A stretch of 64,000 bases of DNA from an uncultured Nitrososphaeraceae archaeon (GCA_963765895.1 CAVXZB010000041.1:32001-96000); one strand, 5' to 3'. Positions 24,617 through 36,903 are shown, numbered from the stretch's first letter. A program made the numbers and translations. The notes: generated from the letters alone by a model not told the origin.

Positions 24617-26226
24617 ACTTAACCTGTCTTGATAACCAAGGTTTGGTTAGTTTCTTCGAAAGCGAGAGCTCTTGCACATCTATAGAAGTATTTGGCCTCA
24701 CTCTAAAACCTGAGATTGGTAAAATCAATGTCAGAAATTAGCGACGTTGCAGCGATCGTAGCGTTGATTGCCTCTGCGCTTATATTCTGGTTCGATTATA
24801 GTCGAACAAGAAAATCAGAGCAGATCAAAATTAGCAGGGAACTGACGGGTAGATAAACTATGAAGATTCAAAAGTTAAATGGCGTCACAACTAAAAGTAG
24901 TAGGTACTTTCCTCAGCAGCATGATTCCTATAGTGATCTCGATAATTACGCTATATATGAAAATAACAGGCAAATATCTAGACCGACAGTAAAATTTGGA
25001 TTGTCTAGTAATGGTCAGATTAATAGACTCCTAGATCTCTAACGATATTGCAAATGATTTCGTGCTAAGTGGTTTAGTCCTTCGATAGTAACGATTTCTG
25101 ATAACGGTATAAAAATGGTGTTGGAAGTTTATGAACGGCTAATCTATCAGTTTGGCTTTGGCTTTGATTTAGCCGCTGGTACCAGCGCCGCTGGTATACT
25201 ACCAATGATTATAAATCATCAGTTTTATAACTAAACATTATTTGTTAAGAATAAAAATTAATGTCTTCCAATAATAGAGCAGTTCTAGCAGATCTCATAT
25301 CTATCCCATTGCTAAGTAGGCGTAATGTCAAACAAAAATGAAATACTAAAAACGGATTTCTTACAGCACTAGTTGCGTTCGGAATGATAGGAGTATTCGC
25401 TGACGTATAGGCACCGGGCGACGGGATTGTCAGTTCGGCACATGCATTTTTTTCTCCCTGTCACCACCACCACCCAATGAACGAACTGGACTCCCTAATA
25501 TTTGTTAATACGGTCTGATTCAAGTCCCGGTTCTCCCTATCTTTTTTTCTGTCAGTATTATAAGATATATGACATAGCCCTCTTTTCCGCTGGTATATAG
25601 CAGAGCCGAACCTAATCCGAGATATGGAGCAAACCCTAGCTACAGTAAACATGTTACTAGACCAGATAGAGCAGAGCGTAGGATGGGCTTTTTATTTCCC
25701 CTCTGCAAAACCAGAAGTAAGAGGTAGTATCAGTCATGTCGCAACTCTACTACAATCGGAATAAAAATAAGGAACAGGTACAGTGTCACCGCTGCAGGTA
25801 TCAATGGAGAACAGCAAGATGTATTTAGTAAGTTGCCCTCACTGTGGCTTAAAAAGTGGACCTAACATGGCATAATCAAATGTAGTGAAGTGTCTATAGT
25901 CGAATGATAAACAATCTAAACATGCATAGATTGACTAGTCTTGTGAGATTAATGATGATTTTGACAAAGCTTCCGTAATGACAAAAGTAAATAGCCCATA
26001 GCTAAGGATCGTATTACTATTAAATCACTTCCAATAGCGACCATGTATCTGGTTATAATTTGTGTGTATACCAATGTCGTACTGATATCGCTAGCATATT
26101 GTTTTAGTACAGTTCAGATATTTAGATCTTCAACCTATCTATGCTGTCGTCTTAAGGTAGGCTGCATCTGCATTTAACTTATGCACAATTTGTATCCTAG
26201 GTAATATGTATTCTCAAGTTCTGTGC

Positions 26227-26299
26227 TATTTGACGCATTTGATCAGACTATTTGACGGATTACTTGACTTATTTGACTGCTTATCCGACTCGTCAAAAT
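26227..26299 (+). promoter_or_regulatory. Array of TATTTGAC-like octamers upstream of a TATA box
   Basis: Copies at 26227, 26236, 26249, 26261, 26270 and 26282, plus an inverted copy at 26292. TTATATA at about 26310 and ATG at 26353. Confidence 0.6.
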
Positions 26300-26352
26300 G
26301 AAAGCGAGCTTATATATTGTTAGTGTATTTTGTGATGTGGTAGACACTAATC

Positions 26353-27170
26353 ATGCCAGCGGCTATTTCTGAAATGATTAAATCTAAAGTAATATGTCAA
26401 TAGCTTCAAGGCCTTAGCAGAGACACAATAGCACAGGACAATAGCATTAGCACTGGAGCAGTTAGCAATATTATTAACTATTGGAGTATCGCTCTTGGGA
26501 AGCCTGAAGATGGATGCATTCCGGGAGTTAGCAAAAGTACTCAATATGGCTGGATCTTACTCCAGCCCAGCGTGCGATTGGTTTTAGAACTATGAAATTG
26601 TTAAGTGGGCAGAACATAGATGCGGAGGTAGGCAGCACAATTTATCGAGGATACGTACAAAGATGCAAAGAATTTGATATTACGCCAAGTAGATTTGGCA
26701 CTTGTATAGAAGCACTTGTCAAGATTTCAGATGGTCACCACATTCCCTTACCTAAGATTGAAGACTTCCTACACGAAAGGCTAGACAAAAAGAATAAAGT
26801 AGAAAGAGAACTCGAAAATTTATACAGTAAGATCCCTGCTGCAAAAAATCAAATGTCAGAAATTGAAAAGGCCGGGGACATGGCTTTGCAACAAAAGAAA
26901 ATGGCAGATTTTGAGATCATGTCGTATACTAATGCAAAGCAAGTATTGGATATATGATGTATCTATCAACGAAGATCTTCCCAAACTTGCGAACATTATT
27001 AAATGCATTGAAAAATATGGAGACGATACCAAGAGGCTAATTCAGAACTTAAAGATATCCAGCATTTAGATGGCAAAAAACGAGCGCTAGAGATAGCTAC
27101 AGTAGAACTAGAAGTGCGTGTTGCGAACTTTCAGCAAGAATCTTTGTTGCAAGACAAAATCTGTATACAT
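26353..27170 (+). pseudogene. Decayed HTH plus coiled-coil protein
   Basis: MPAAISEMIKSKVICQ*LQGLSRDTIAQDNSISTGAVSNII (HTH-like), continuing into ORFs 26592-26957 and 26863-27069. The end coordinate is approximate. Confidence 0.65.
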
Positions 27171-27393
27171 TAGGAAAATTTACCTGTGTATAATCATTAC
27201 AAATTATATATGATTGCATAGTGAATATAGACAATAGAGTGGAAAGATAAGCACGGAAATAGCTTCTACTTTACATTTGCACATTAGCATATGAATTGTA
27301 TTTACTTGGGCTTCATTACTATCGTTACTTGCCAGAGGTGTTATCATGACAGATCTAATTTCCTAATACAAATTTGATGAATCCTTGCAATCT

Positions 27394-27990
27394 CTACTTC
27401 ATTAGTGATACTGATAGGCACACTGGTCCAATATTCGACACTACATGAAATTGACCACTAACACAATATCCTCCAACATTTGGGAGTGTAGTTCTAACGA
27501 ATAATGTCCCTATGTTAGGAACTATTTGTTGTGAAGTTGTACCGACAGGTGGTATAGTTACAGTTATATTATTATTATTAGGGATAGCCTGAGTACCGCT
27601 AGTAACGGTATCATTGTTCTTAATATTATTGTTATTATGGTTAATATCATTATTAGTATTATTAATTGGGATAGTTACCTTAACTGGTACACTTACATTT
27701 ACAGGACTGAATGGCGCTTCTCCACGGTCTCTCGAACACATTGAATTGTTGTCTGAATGTGTACATAACAATCCTCCATCGGCGTTTATGATATTTGTTA
27801 CTGGTGCTTCATTGATAATTGCGCCATCGTTGTCACTTTGATCTTTATATGCTACTTCTCTAGTCAGGTATGCCCGCGCTCCTTTTATATTTGCAAAAGT
27901 ACCTATACAGCCAATTATTGCTGCCAGTATTAATGTAGTAAGGATAGTTATTGAAATCCATTTGATCATGGCATGCATAACCGTTTGCAA
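27394..27990 (-). CDS. Hypothetical secreted Asn-rich protein
   Basis: N-terminal hydrophobic helix and low-complexity Asn runs. Confidence 0.6.
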   Translation of the reverse strand: MQTVMHAMIKWISITILTTLILAAIIGCIGTFANIKGARAYLTREVAYKDQSDNDGAIINEAPVTNIINADGGLLCTHSDNNSMCSRDRGEAPFSPVNVSVPVKVTIPINNTNNDINHNNNNIKNNDTVTSGTQAIPNNNNITVTIPPVGTTSQQIVPNIGTLFVRTTLPNVGGYCVSGQFHVVSNIGPVCLSVSLMK

Positions 27991-28190
27991 TATATCATAT
28001 TTGCTTATTTGACTTTAGGTAGACAAAACCGAAGTAAAGGGTAGAAGTTATTGCTTAGTTCTTTTCCATAATTTTTGACTATTACAAGCAATTTGTATTT
28101 ATATACAGTCATCAAGCAGTTTTGATTTGGTTATATAAAACAATCTTATATTGAAGATAGTACCGAAGGCAATTACCTTCTCACTATAAA

Positions 28191-28858
28191 GGCACTGTAA
28201 AGTTAAGGAAAAATCTATAGTTTTATGACTCAGATATATGTTATGTTGTGTCAATTAAGAAAAAGAACAGAACACGAGGATATAGCATATTCTCTGTATC
28301 TTTATTTCCTAGGTCTTTCACTGAGAAGTACTTCCAAAGCTGTGTCTAGGTTTGTAAAAAGAAGTCATACTGCCATCAGAGACTGGATTTAAAAATACAA
28401 GCCAGAGATGAAGTTCCAGAAAGATGCGTATTACCACATTTATAATTGATGAAACTATCATTAAGGTTGGTTCTGAATATATACGGTTATGGATAGCCAT
28501 TGAAAATGATAACTGAGAAATCCTTCAAATAAGAATATCAAAAGAAAGAAATATGTTTGTAGCAGAACGTTTTATATTAAATCTTGTAAAAAGATACGGG
28601 GAACATCCTGTTTCAACTGATGGTGATACACGGTATCCACAGGCTTGCAGATTCTTGGGACTGCACCACCACATCCATTCTCCATATGAGAAAAGGGTCA
28701 TAGAAAGGACAGTACAATATATCAAAGATAGGACGGAAGGTTTTGATGATTATTTTCCTTGTAGAAAAAGTAAATGCAAATTACAACATATACAAAAATG
28801 GTTTAATCTATTTGTCAGTCATTATAACAGTAATTTGTTGTCTTAACTTTACAGAGCC
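28191..28858 (+). mobile_element. IS6-family element with an inactivated transposase, 668 bp
   Basis: TIR GGC(A/T)CTGTAAAGTTAAG. IDET, STDG and IERTVQYIKDR motifs. Two in-frame stops and a frameshift. No target duplication visible. Confidence 0.9.
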
Positions 28859-29016
28859 GTATATGCACTTGGAAAATAAATTGAAAAGCGTTCTCTATCC
28901 ATGTATGTATTCCTTAACATTGTTAACTTTACAAATAATTTCTAATTATAAGTATTACAAAGTAATTTATGCAAATAGATCTAGAAACGTTAATTTGCTG
29001 ATGAAAATAAAAAACT

Positions 29017-29034
29017 TTTTACGGCGCCGAAAAA
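29017..29034. promoter_or_regulatory. Dispersed palindrome copy (TTTTACGGCGCCGAAAAA)
   Basis: One mismatch. The core starts 110 bp before the ATG at 29132. Confidence 0.82.
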
Positions 29035-29131
29035 ATTGCTTGAACTTAGTTAATTGTTAGAATAAAAACATATTCACTTCAACAAAACTACTGTTACCAA
29101 AAGACATAAGAAATACCAAGATAAGAAGAGA

Positions 29132-29409
29132 ATGAGTTCTAAACTTAAAGGCATGGGATGGTTGAGATCCCATTGATACAAGAGATTTTTCTCGTGAGCA
29201 TCCTAGAGTCCAGAAAATTCTGACAAGCAACGAAACCAGAGAACTTAAGCCACAAGCCGCAACAGATCTCCCGAATAAGATAGATAATCGTAAGTGGTGT
29301 TCACTCATTGAGGATCAGGGTTATTTAGGAAGTTGCACTGCTAACGCTGGCGTGGGAATGTTTGAATATATGGAAATAAAGCAACTGGAAAATACTTGGA
29401 TGTTCAAGA
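29132..29409 (+). pseudogene. Papain-like C1A cysteine protease N-terminus, interrupted by an IS
   Basis: IDNRKWCSLIEDQGYLGSCTANAGVGMFEY (oxyanion Gln and catalytic Cys). Confidence 0.85.
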
Positions 29410-30350
29410 GGCTATGTAGAAAACATCATCAACATTGCAAGATTAGTCAGTCTATGCATGTTGTAGGTTATGCATCTGAATGACAATTCCCTGTTCTGTG
29501 TTCTGGTCAATCTAGACATAATGTGCTCTCCAAATAGTCTCTTTATGACTGAGACTATGGTTTCATCTTTGTTTCGTTGATTGTACAGCACCTTGGAATA
29601 GCCACGTTTCATCTGCTTTCTATACTTACCATATGTTCTCCGTATCGGTACATGCTCATATCGAGCTGGGATTATACTAAATGCATGCAAGTTATCTCTT
29701 ACCAACTGATGATTATCTTCACTATCATATCCCTTATCAGCTGTAACTACAGATAATGGAAGAATATTTGACGTCCTTGTTATAATTGGTCTGAAATCTA
29801 TATTATCATGTCTTGTAGGAGCTCGTCTTATCCTTATCTTATAGATAATCTGTTGTAGTACGTCAGCTCCAATAGATAATTTCGCATATTTTCTTGTTGC
29901 TTCTATTCGTTCAGCATAATACTGTGAAGCATGAGTTATTTTAAATCCTGTTGAATCTATTCCTACAAAGATATGTTTGGTACCGCTTATTACAATGAAT
30001 GATGAAATTATCCTTTCGAGCAATGAATTGCCAATTCTGTCTGTAAACTTTTGCAATGTTGTAAAATGAGGAATGCGTGACAATCGTAGAAACGACCTTA
30101 GGGTAACATGCCTCGAACAACCAACAATCCACAAACAACATTCTATAACTCTTATCTTCGTACTGTCGGATTGTAATCAGAACAATATGTTGCCATATTA
30201 TAAATATGTGATTACTTTTCCTATTAGAAAATAGAGGGATCCTTGCATGTTTCAAAACACGGCGCATAGTAGTATCTGCAAGTCTAACGTATCTTGATTC
30301 TTTCAATAGACTATTGGTATTCTTACAAAGCTTGACTTTATGAGATGATT
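29410..30350 (-). mobile_element. IS5 (ISH1-like) element with a frameshifted transposase and clipped left end
   Basis: Right TIR GGCTATGTAGAAA at 29410. ORFs 29941-30306 and 29412-30134 are homologous to 4032-4916. Confidence 0.9.
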
Positions 30351-30616
30351 TGTCCCATGTCGAATTATCCAGCCCCTCTTAATATCCATTCGTTCAGGAT
30401 GAGCATCCTTCCATTAGCACCATTAGTGCACTGTGGCATTACGCTAGCCTTTGGCCTAACCTACAGATGGCATACTACTATACAAAGGCGATAGATCTTT
30501 TTCTTTTCTTTTCTAGGAACTTACATATGGTATAATGATGTTTAGTTAACCTGAAAAATTAAATCTTATTCTGACTAACCAAAACACAATATCTTATCGT
30601 GCAATAAATGTTCTGT

Positions 30617-32269
30617 TTAGGGATCTAATTCTCCAGGCAGAGGCGAAAAGATATTAGTCTTACCTGCGAACAAGCTTATTTGTTTGCAATCTGTATTTAC
30701 ATCTGTTAAAGTGAAACCGATTCTTTTGGCGCTATTTTGATTTTCATTTGCGATCAAATTCGCTACTAATTTCTGGTTGTTAGCATTATTACCCTTGCTC
30801 TTTAATATTTTGGCCTGATCAAATTGTATATTGTTTAAGTCTGATGTAAGGAAAACTGTCAATTTATGCCCGGACAGCTGATTCGCTACCATGTTTCCTT
30901 TAATGATATAAAGGGCAATATTGTCGAATGCTGCTGGCTTGTTTACCAGACTAGTAAACGAACCACCACTTGTCTGGGAAGTTTGACATGTGGCAAATGG
31001 TGGATTGAGTACTGCTGGAAGAGCAGTTAGGGCAGCTTCTCTTGCAACGATAAGACCACCAAATAACTCCTTATCAATTGGCGGAACAGATAGCTGATTT
31101 AGCTTGAGATTGCCCAACACTCCCAGAGGTGCAATTTGACCATTAACATTAAATGCCTGTGCCATAGTTATAAATTTGCATTCTGTTCTGACCGTATCAA
31201 CGTTAAATGGAATATCCTTTTGCCTGGTGCCGTCATTGTTTTGGACTATAATGTCACCTGCGAATTGAGGGCCACTATACCGCAACAACACGTTATCATC
31301 ATTCTGTAGATCACTTTTTAACACTATTTTGACATTGGTTGTATGAAACTCATTCAAAGCATTTCTTAGTTGATTCAAGGATGCACTTCCACTCATGACA
31401 TATGTTGCAGATGATGGGAGACGAGTAGTAAAAGCACCTTGAACTTGTTGTGTGCCAGCGTTGGTTAGTAGTGTTTTGTTCGCAGTGTTTGAAGCGCAGG
31501 TTTGAAATGGTGGATTTGTTGCCGTACCCACGGTTCCTCCAGTAGCTCCAGTCACGCCAGGATTCACAGCTGTACCCGTTTGAGGCGATAGTGGTGGGGT
31601 AAAAAACCCAGTTTGTGTGTTTGCTGATGCTCCTGCATTTGGTGGAATTGGAGCTACTGGTGGAATTGATGATGATATAGTATTAGTTATAGAACATACT
31701 GCTGTCTGACCACTGCCGACGCTACCATTACACGCCGCGGTATTGACTGTTGTACCACCTACACTAAATGTATACGTAGGATTGGTTGCACCAAAAACAG
31801 ATTGTTCCGTTACAGATACTGTACCTGGTACTATACATATGTTTAAAGGATTTAATACTGATAGGCCACTAAATGTCTGCGTCAGGCCACCGTTTTGTAC
31901 CGTAATTGTAAATGAAACTCCGTTAAAGTTAGAAACAGAATTAATTATCTTCTGGACAGTCAATGTGGCAGTTTGTACATTAACATTATTACAGAAATTA
32001 CTTTGTGCTTGAAAAGAGCCAGGAGCAACAGGAGCAACAGGAGCAACATTCAGTGTATTCTGAGGAATATTGACCGTGCCAATATTTGGAGCGGTTGGGG
32101 TAACAATTGATCCCAAGCCAATATTTGGAGCGGTTGGGGTAACAATTGATCCCAAGTTAAGGTTTTGTGCCATGACATTGCTAACTCCGGAAATACATAA
32201 GGTACTCGATAAGACTAGCCAAATTATGAATGTCCAAATCCTAGAAGTCCCAAATTGCATATATTCCAT
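30617..32269 (-). CDS. Secreted/surface protein with low-complexity linkers and beta-rich domains
   Basis: Signal peptide, ATLTVQKIIN...FTITV Ig-like module, and two similar C-terminal units starting NPPF.TC. Confidence 0.8.
   Translation of the reverse strand: MEYMQFGTSRIWTFIIWLVLSSTLCISGVSNVMAQNLNLGSIVTPTAPNIGLGSIVTPTAPNIGTVNIPQNTLNVAPVAPVAPGSFQAQSNFCNNVNVQTATLTVQKIINSVSNFNGVSFTITVQNGGLTQTFSGLSVLNPLNICIVPGTVSVTEQSVFGATNPTYTFSVGGTTVNTAACNGSVGSGQTAVCSITNTISSSIPPVAPIPPNAGASANTQTGFFTPPLSPQTGTAVNPGVTGATGGTVGTATNPPFQTCASNTANKTLLTNAGTQQVQGAFTTRLPSSATYVMSGSASLNQLRNALNEFHTTNVKIVLKSDLQNDDNVLLRYSGPQFAGDIIVQNNDGTRQKDIPFNVDTVRTECKFITMAQAFNVNGQIAPLGVLGNLKLNQLSVPPIDKELFGGLIVAREAALTALPAVLNPPFATCQTSQTSGGSFTSLVNKPAAFDNIALYIIKGNMVANQLSGHKLTVFLTSDLNNIQFDQAKILKSKGNNANNQKLVANLIANENQNSAKRIGFTLTDVNTDCKQISLFAGKTNIFSPLPGELDP
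31670..32006. repeat. 337-bp direct repeat, copy A
   Basis: Near-identical to 34233-34569. I saw one mismatch. Confidence 0.93.
32079..32156. repeat. 39-bp coding tandem repeat x2 (LGSIVTPTAPNIG)
   Basis: Two identical units at 32079 and 32118. Confidence 0.93.
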
Positions 32270-32672
32270 ACTTAATCGCTATATATTAAACATAACAGAA
32301 TTATTATAGAGAACATAAATTATAAAAAATATACTCGGACGTTATGCATCAAAATTTGCACATGGTTCGATTATAATTAGGGGACATAAAGACATCAATA
32401 TCTTTATTTCTTTATTTTATCGGGTCAGATTTAGGACTGTAAATTTTCTTGCTTTTAACTTAAGGTAATTCGTATAGCTATGCATAAGATAATGCTAGCT
32501 TTAGTTGCTATGGACAGATCTAGACCATATATGCAGGTATAAGTAGGTTTAGCTTGTACCTCTTACAGTTCTAAAAGCTTCAGGTTAGTAACTAAACGTT
32601 AGCATAGTAATAGAGTAATGCTTATTATATTCGCGATTGTGGATAGAAGTAATCATCTTTACCGTGATTTAC

Positions 32673-33981
32673 TCAGGTACCTGGACAACTTCCACCTGGG
32701 CCGCCATAATAGAGTGTGTTGTTCCAAGGCGAATTAGAAATATTGGCTGTATAGCATTGTGGACAATCTGTCGATGGCGTCAGGCTGGCTGGATTCATAC
32801 CACCAGAACCTGTAAAGTAATGAATGTCTCGTTGATACGCTGCGTTTCCTGCGCCGAGTTCCGCAAACGCGCTGCCTACCCATAGGGGGACATCTAGTGT
32901 TTGAGCCCTCTATGGGTAGAAAACTTGTCTCGCCCCCGTATATAATATGACTGGCTCCAAAAGTCAACGGGCCGCCTTGGTATATAGAAGCAGGATAATA
33001 CCCAATTGCATGACTAGGATCATCGCCTAGATAATAAATGTACCAGTTGCCTTGATCCAAGAAGACAGTCACCTCTATTTCCACTTTATTACTAGAAGTC
33101 GAGCTCCACGATGGGATTGCCATACCCGGTGCCATCTGATCGGAGAGTTGATGGAATGATCTTCCATCGTCCAAGTTGTAAGAGCCAGGCCCATTTGTGT
33201 CATAGTTATTCGGTGTCCAATAAGTAAAAAGCACTGGAACTAGAGGGTCGGATAGATTCGAATACTTTGTCGGATAAACCTGCCATCCTACTTCGAGACT
33301 CTGAAACTCAGGTGTATTAGGTGTCCCAGCTGTGTACCATTGTTGTGAGAGGGAGAATATTTGATTTCCCTCAATCGACGGATTCCATACCTCGAGAAAA
33401 CTGTATCCGCCTATGTTGCTCGTGTTTTGAAAGGCGAATGCATGGCAGTGTGAAACTTGTGTTATGGCGCTATCTAGAGGAGACATGTCGTGTACAGGAC
33501 TTGATCCCCCAGTGGTCTTTTGAAAAAAATTCTGGAGTTTCTGGTAAGGAGCAATCTCCTCCAGTGTAATTCGTCGTATTGGAACAGTCCCGGGAGGACA
33601 GGACCGGACATTCCCAAATTTATCCTTTACATTAAGATTAAGAGATGATTCAATTAGAGTTGTAAGTCCACTACTTTTTATGCCATCTTTGCTTTTTATG
33701 CCAGATATATCAGGCGGTTTTGCTATTTTCTTCCCAGAGTTTTTTAATGCTGGTTGTTGTTCGATAGGAATACAATCGAAGATAGAGCCATTGCCGTCCA
33801 GAAAACTATGCAAAGCCTCAACTCCTTTGTAGTACTCGATCAGATATTCTTTCTTCTCCGTAAATGAGGTATCATTATCAAATCCTTTTCCCTTGAGGAC
33901 ATGCTGCTCAATCCTGGCAGAAGAAATCGATTCTAAGAATTGCGAAAATGGGATAATGTTTCGGTTATTTTCCCTCGTCAT
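32673..33981 (-). CDS. Neprosin-family (G3 glutamic) peptidase with activation propeptide; frameshift near 32875
   Basis: FDCIPIEQQPAL, CPPGTVPIRR, SLEVGWQVYP, IGYYP, YGGE and PPMG. The shifted frame ends YYGGPGGSCPGT*. Confidence 0.87.
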
Positions 33982-34178
33982 ATTGCTATGTATATACTGC
34001 TAATTAAATATAAGTTTCTGTAAATCACGTTCATGGATAGCATTTTATCTATAATGTTTTTTAGAAACCCCTTGACTTAATATTACTTCAAATGGCATCG
34101 GCCTTTACTATTCCTTAGATATACTTTTCTAACTTCTTCCTCTCCCGTATGTCCACGAGCGATTAATGGCTTATTGTA

Positions 34179-35301
34179 TTAACCTGGAGATGATGGAGAT
34201 GGAGTATTCGGAGCTGGAGCTAGTGGTGCAATTGATGATATAGTATTAGTTATAGAACATACTGCTGTCTGACCACTGCCGACGCTACCATTACACGCCG
34301 CGGTATTGACTGTTGTACCACCTACACTAAATGTATACGTAGGATTGGTTGCACCAAAAACAGATTGTTCCGTTACAGATACTGTACCTGGTACTATACA
34401 TATGTTTAAAGGATTTAATACTGATAGGCCACTAAATGTCTGCGTCAGGCCACCGTTTTGTACCGTAATTGTAAATGAAACTCCGTTAAAGTTAGAAACA
34501 GAATTAATTATCTTCTGGACAGTCAATGTGACAGTTTGTACATTAACATTATTACAGAAATTACTTTGTACTACTACTGGTGTCCCTGAATTTGGGACTG
34601 TTGGAGTTATGAACGGTGGTGGAGTTGATATTGTGTTAGATCTACTACAAGAGAATGGATTAAATTGTTCAATAGCAGCCCATCCGGCATCTTGTTTGAG
34701 TCCCTGGGGCTACGAAGGATCCTGATGATATGGTGCTATTGTCCAATACATGTGTCAGATAGCCAGTATAGGCGGCAACCGGACTTGTAGTTGTCTTCGT
34801 ATGATTGATTGCACCAGTTATCATATTGGGTTCTGTAAATACTATCTGCTTTGAATATTCATCCCATGTTCCATTTATAGGATTACCAAACAACGATCCA
34901 ATAAATTCTAGCTTGCCATATTTCATGGTTTTTCTTGAATTATCCAAACTCAATATTCTATGAAGCCCATTAGCGTCAATAGCCCACTTTGTGAAACATG
35001 GAAATCCTCCAGAACAAGCTCCCATAGGATACAACAGTGGTGGTGCCATAGGTGCCATAGGTGCCACAGGATTCAAATGCGGTGCAATTGGAGCCAAGAA
35101 TGATCTATTAGATGTTGTCGCAGTGTTAGGAGTTAGACCCTGGATTGTCTGATTACGGTTGGCATGAGTGTAATAGATGCATTGCTTGCGGAGTGAGTTT
35201 GCTGAGCTAAACTAATATTGCTATGATAACAACATAACTGCCAATATTAAAGGAATGCTAGATGGAGTGATTGAATAATGGTATATGCAATTTGTCCTCA
35301 T
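34179..35301 (-). pseudogene. Frameshifted secreted/surface protein sharing an Ig-like module with 30617-32269
   Basis: Fragments 34669-35097 and 34179-34526, with a hydrophobic leader near 35200-35300. Confidence 0.65.
34233..34569. repeat. 337-bp direct repeat, copy B
   Basis: Near-identical to 31670-32006. Confidence 0.93.
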
Positions 35302-35594
35302 ATTTAAATGTACCAGCAATTCTTACTATAAAACTATTTGGACTACAGTTTGCCATTCCTTGGCTTTATAATGACCGTATCAGATTGGAAATGGTGGAAT
35401 TTTTTTTGTCAACCTCGTTCAAAACTGTTGGGTTTATCTTCTGTATTTGTTTCGAAAATAAGATTTAGCAAAGAATTCGAGAAATTAATCATATTTTGAT
35501 ATGCAAAAGATGAGACGCTGCTGATACTGCCAAATAGACCTGGCAGTATCCAGCTGCAGGATTTACTGTGGAAAGTCAAGGGCCTAACAAGTTG

Positions 35595-36224
35595 TCATCT
35601 ATTTATCCTAACTGAATCAATCATTGCACGTACGATTTGTAGTCCGCCAGCATAGTTTGTCAAGGGGGCTGCATATGTAAAGAGGAAAAACTTGTTTCCA
35701 ATCACGGACAATATTTGCATGGCCCCAATTTTTACTCCTTGTGTAGAATTACCTGTGTAGACAATTTTGTACGCAGGATAACCTGCGAGAGTAGATGGAG
35801 TTGATGCATTCAAGCTAATGATACTCCCGGTTTGTTTGAGATAATCCAAATTGGTTTTGCTAACGTTAGAAAGTGTAAGGTTTTGAACATCCATTTTTTT
35901 AGCTATTATAGTTAAAGCACTTGGGGGTGCACCAGAAGGAGATTTAAATAATATATCTAGGGTTGAAGACGTATTGCTAGATAAACCAAGCCAATTAGAG
36001 GGGTATTGCATCGCTAATCCAAAATTAGAATTGTTGTAAATATTGAAATTACTAGCGGTTTTTCCGGTCGTAGTAGTGTTTATATTGTTTTGTTGTGCCA
36101 TTACTGGCATAAAATGAAGCGAATATTTAGTTACGAGCAATGTTGCTGGACCTAATAATGATACTACTAATAGTAAGCCAATTGTCATATTTTTAAACAT
36201 CATCATAAAGACGTAAGATCTCAA
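35595..36224 (-). CDS. PsbP/Mog1-like secreted protein
   Basis: YNNSNFGLAMQYPSNW, TLAGYPAYKIVY and MIDSVRI pattern, plus a signal peptide. Confidence 0.75.
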   Translation of the reverse strand: MRSYVFMMMFKNMTIGLLLVVSLLGPATLLVTKYSLHFMPVMAQQNNINTTTTGKTASNFNIYNNSNFGLAMQYPSNWLGLSSNTSSTLDILFKSPSGAPPSALTIIAKKMDVQNLTLSNVSKTNLDYLKQTGSIISLNASTPSTLAGYPAYKIVYTGNSTQGVKIGAMQILSVIGNKFFLFTYAAPLTNYAGGLQIVRAMIDSVRINR

Positions 36225-36903
36225 ATTATATATAAGAATATCCAGTACAATGTGGCGTGTAAATTATAGATGGTAAAGCAAACAAGGACCATCATAATAA
36301 TACAAATAAAGTAAGAAGCGATGACTCCCAGGCCCTGCACACTGGTGCTTCACCACTCATTAGGGTTAATGAATTTTTTCCACGGTTGAAAAGATTATTC
36401 AAAGTGCAGATACTTTGTGCCACGTCAGATGTCAGTGCTATCTTACCAGAAAAGAAATCATATAAAATAAATTAATTACTTACACATCAATTAATAAGCT
36501 AATTTTTTATGCATCCTGAAAAGTCGTATACAATACTTGTCTGTAGTAAAATAAATAATAAGCACATTTGTTCTCTACTCAATTAAGAGGTGTCTTTTCA
36601 ATATTGATTACACACCTAGGTGTTTAGTCGCCGCAAGAATTTGAACTAGTCCATCACAGATCGGACACATTAACTGAGTATTTCAAAGCTAATACTGAAC
36701 ACTTTGATTACTATTTGTGCAGACATAATATTGAATATGATTCAATACATGTGAGTAATTGGCTTGGTCTTTTTGTGTTCATGCACAATACAGACATTGT
36801 ACACATCAAAATTATGACTCTTCTAAAACTAATAATAGTGCACTTAACTCAACGCAACCGCAAAATGAACCCCCAGAAATGATAATAGTTCTATCCTAAA
36901 TAT

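Noticed and set aside
24728-25050. Short TM-containing ORF remnant (MSEISDVAAIVALIASALIFWFDY...)
   Set aside because: Probably a decayed gene, but it is too fragmentary to assign.
36610-36660. tRNA-like fragment (GTCGCCGCAAGAATTTGAACT) as a possible att site
   Set aside because: Too short and no cloverleaf can be built.
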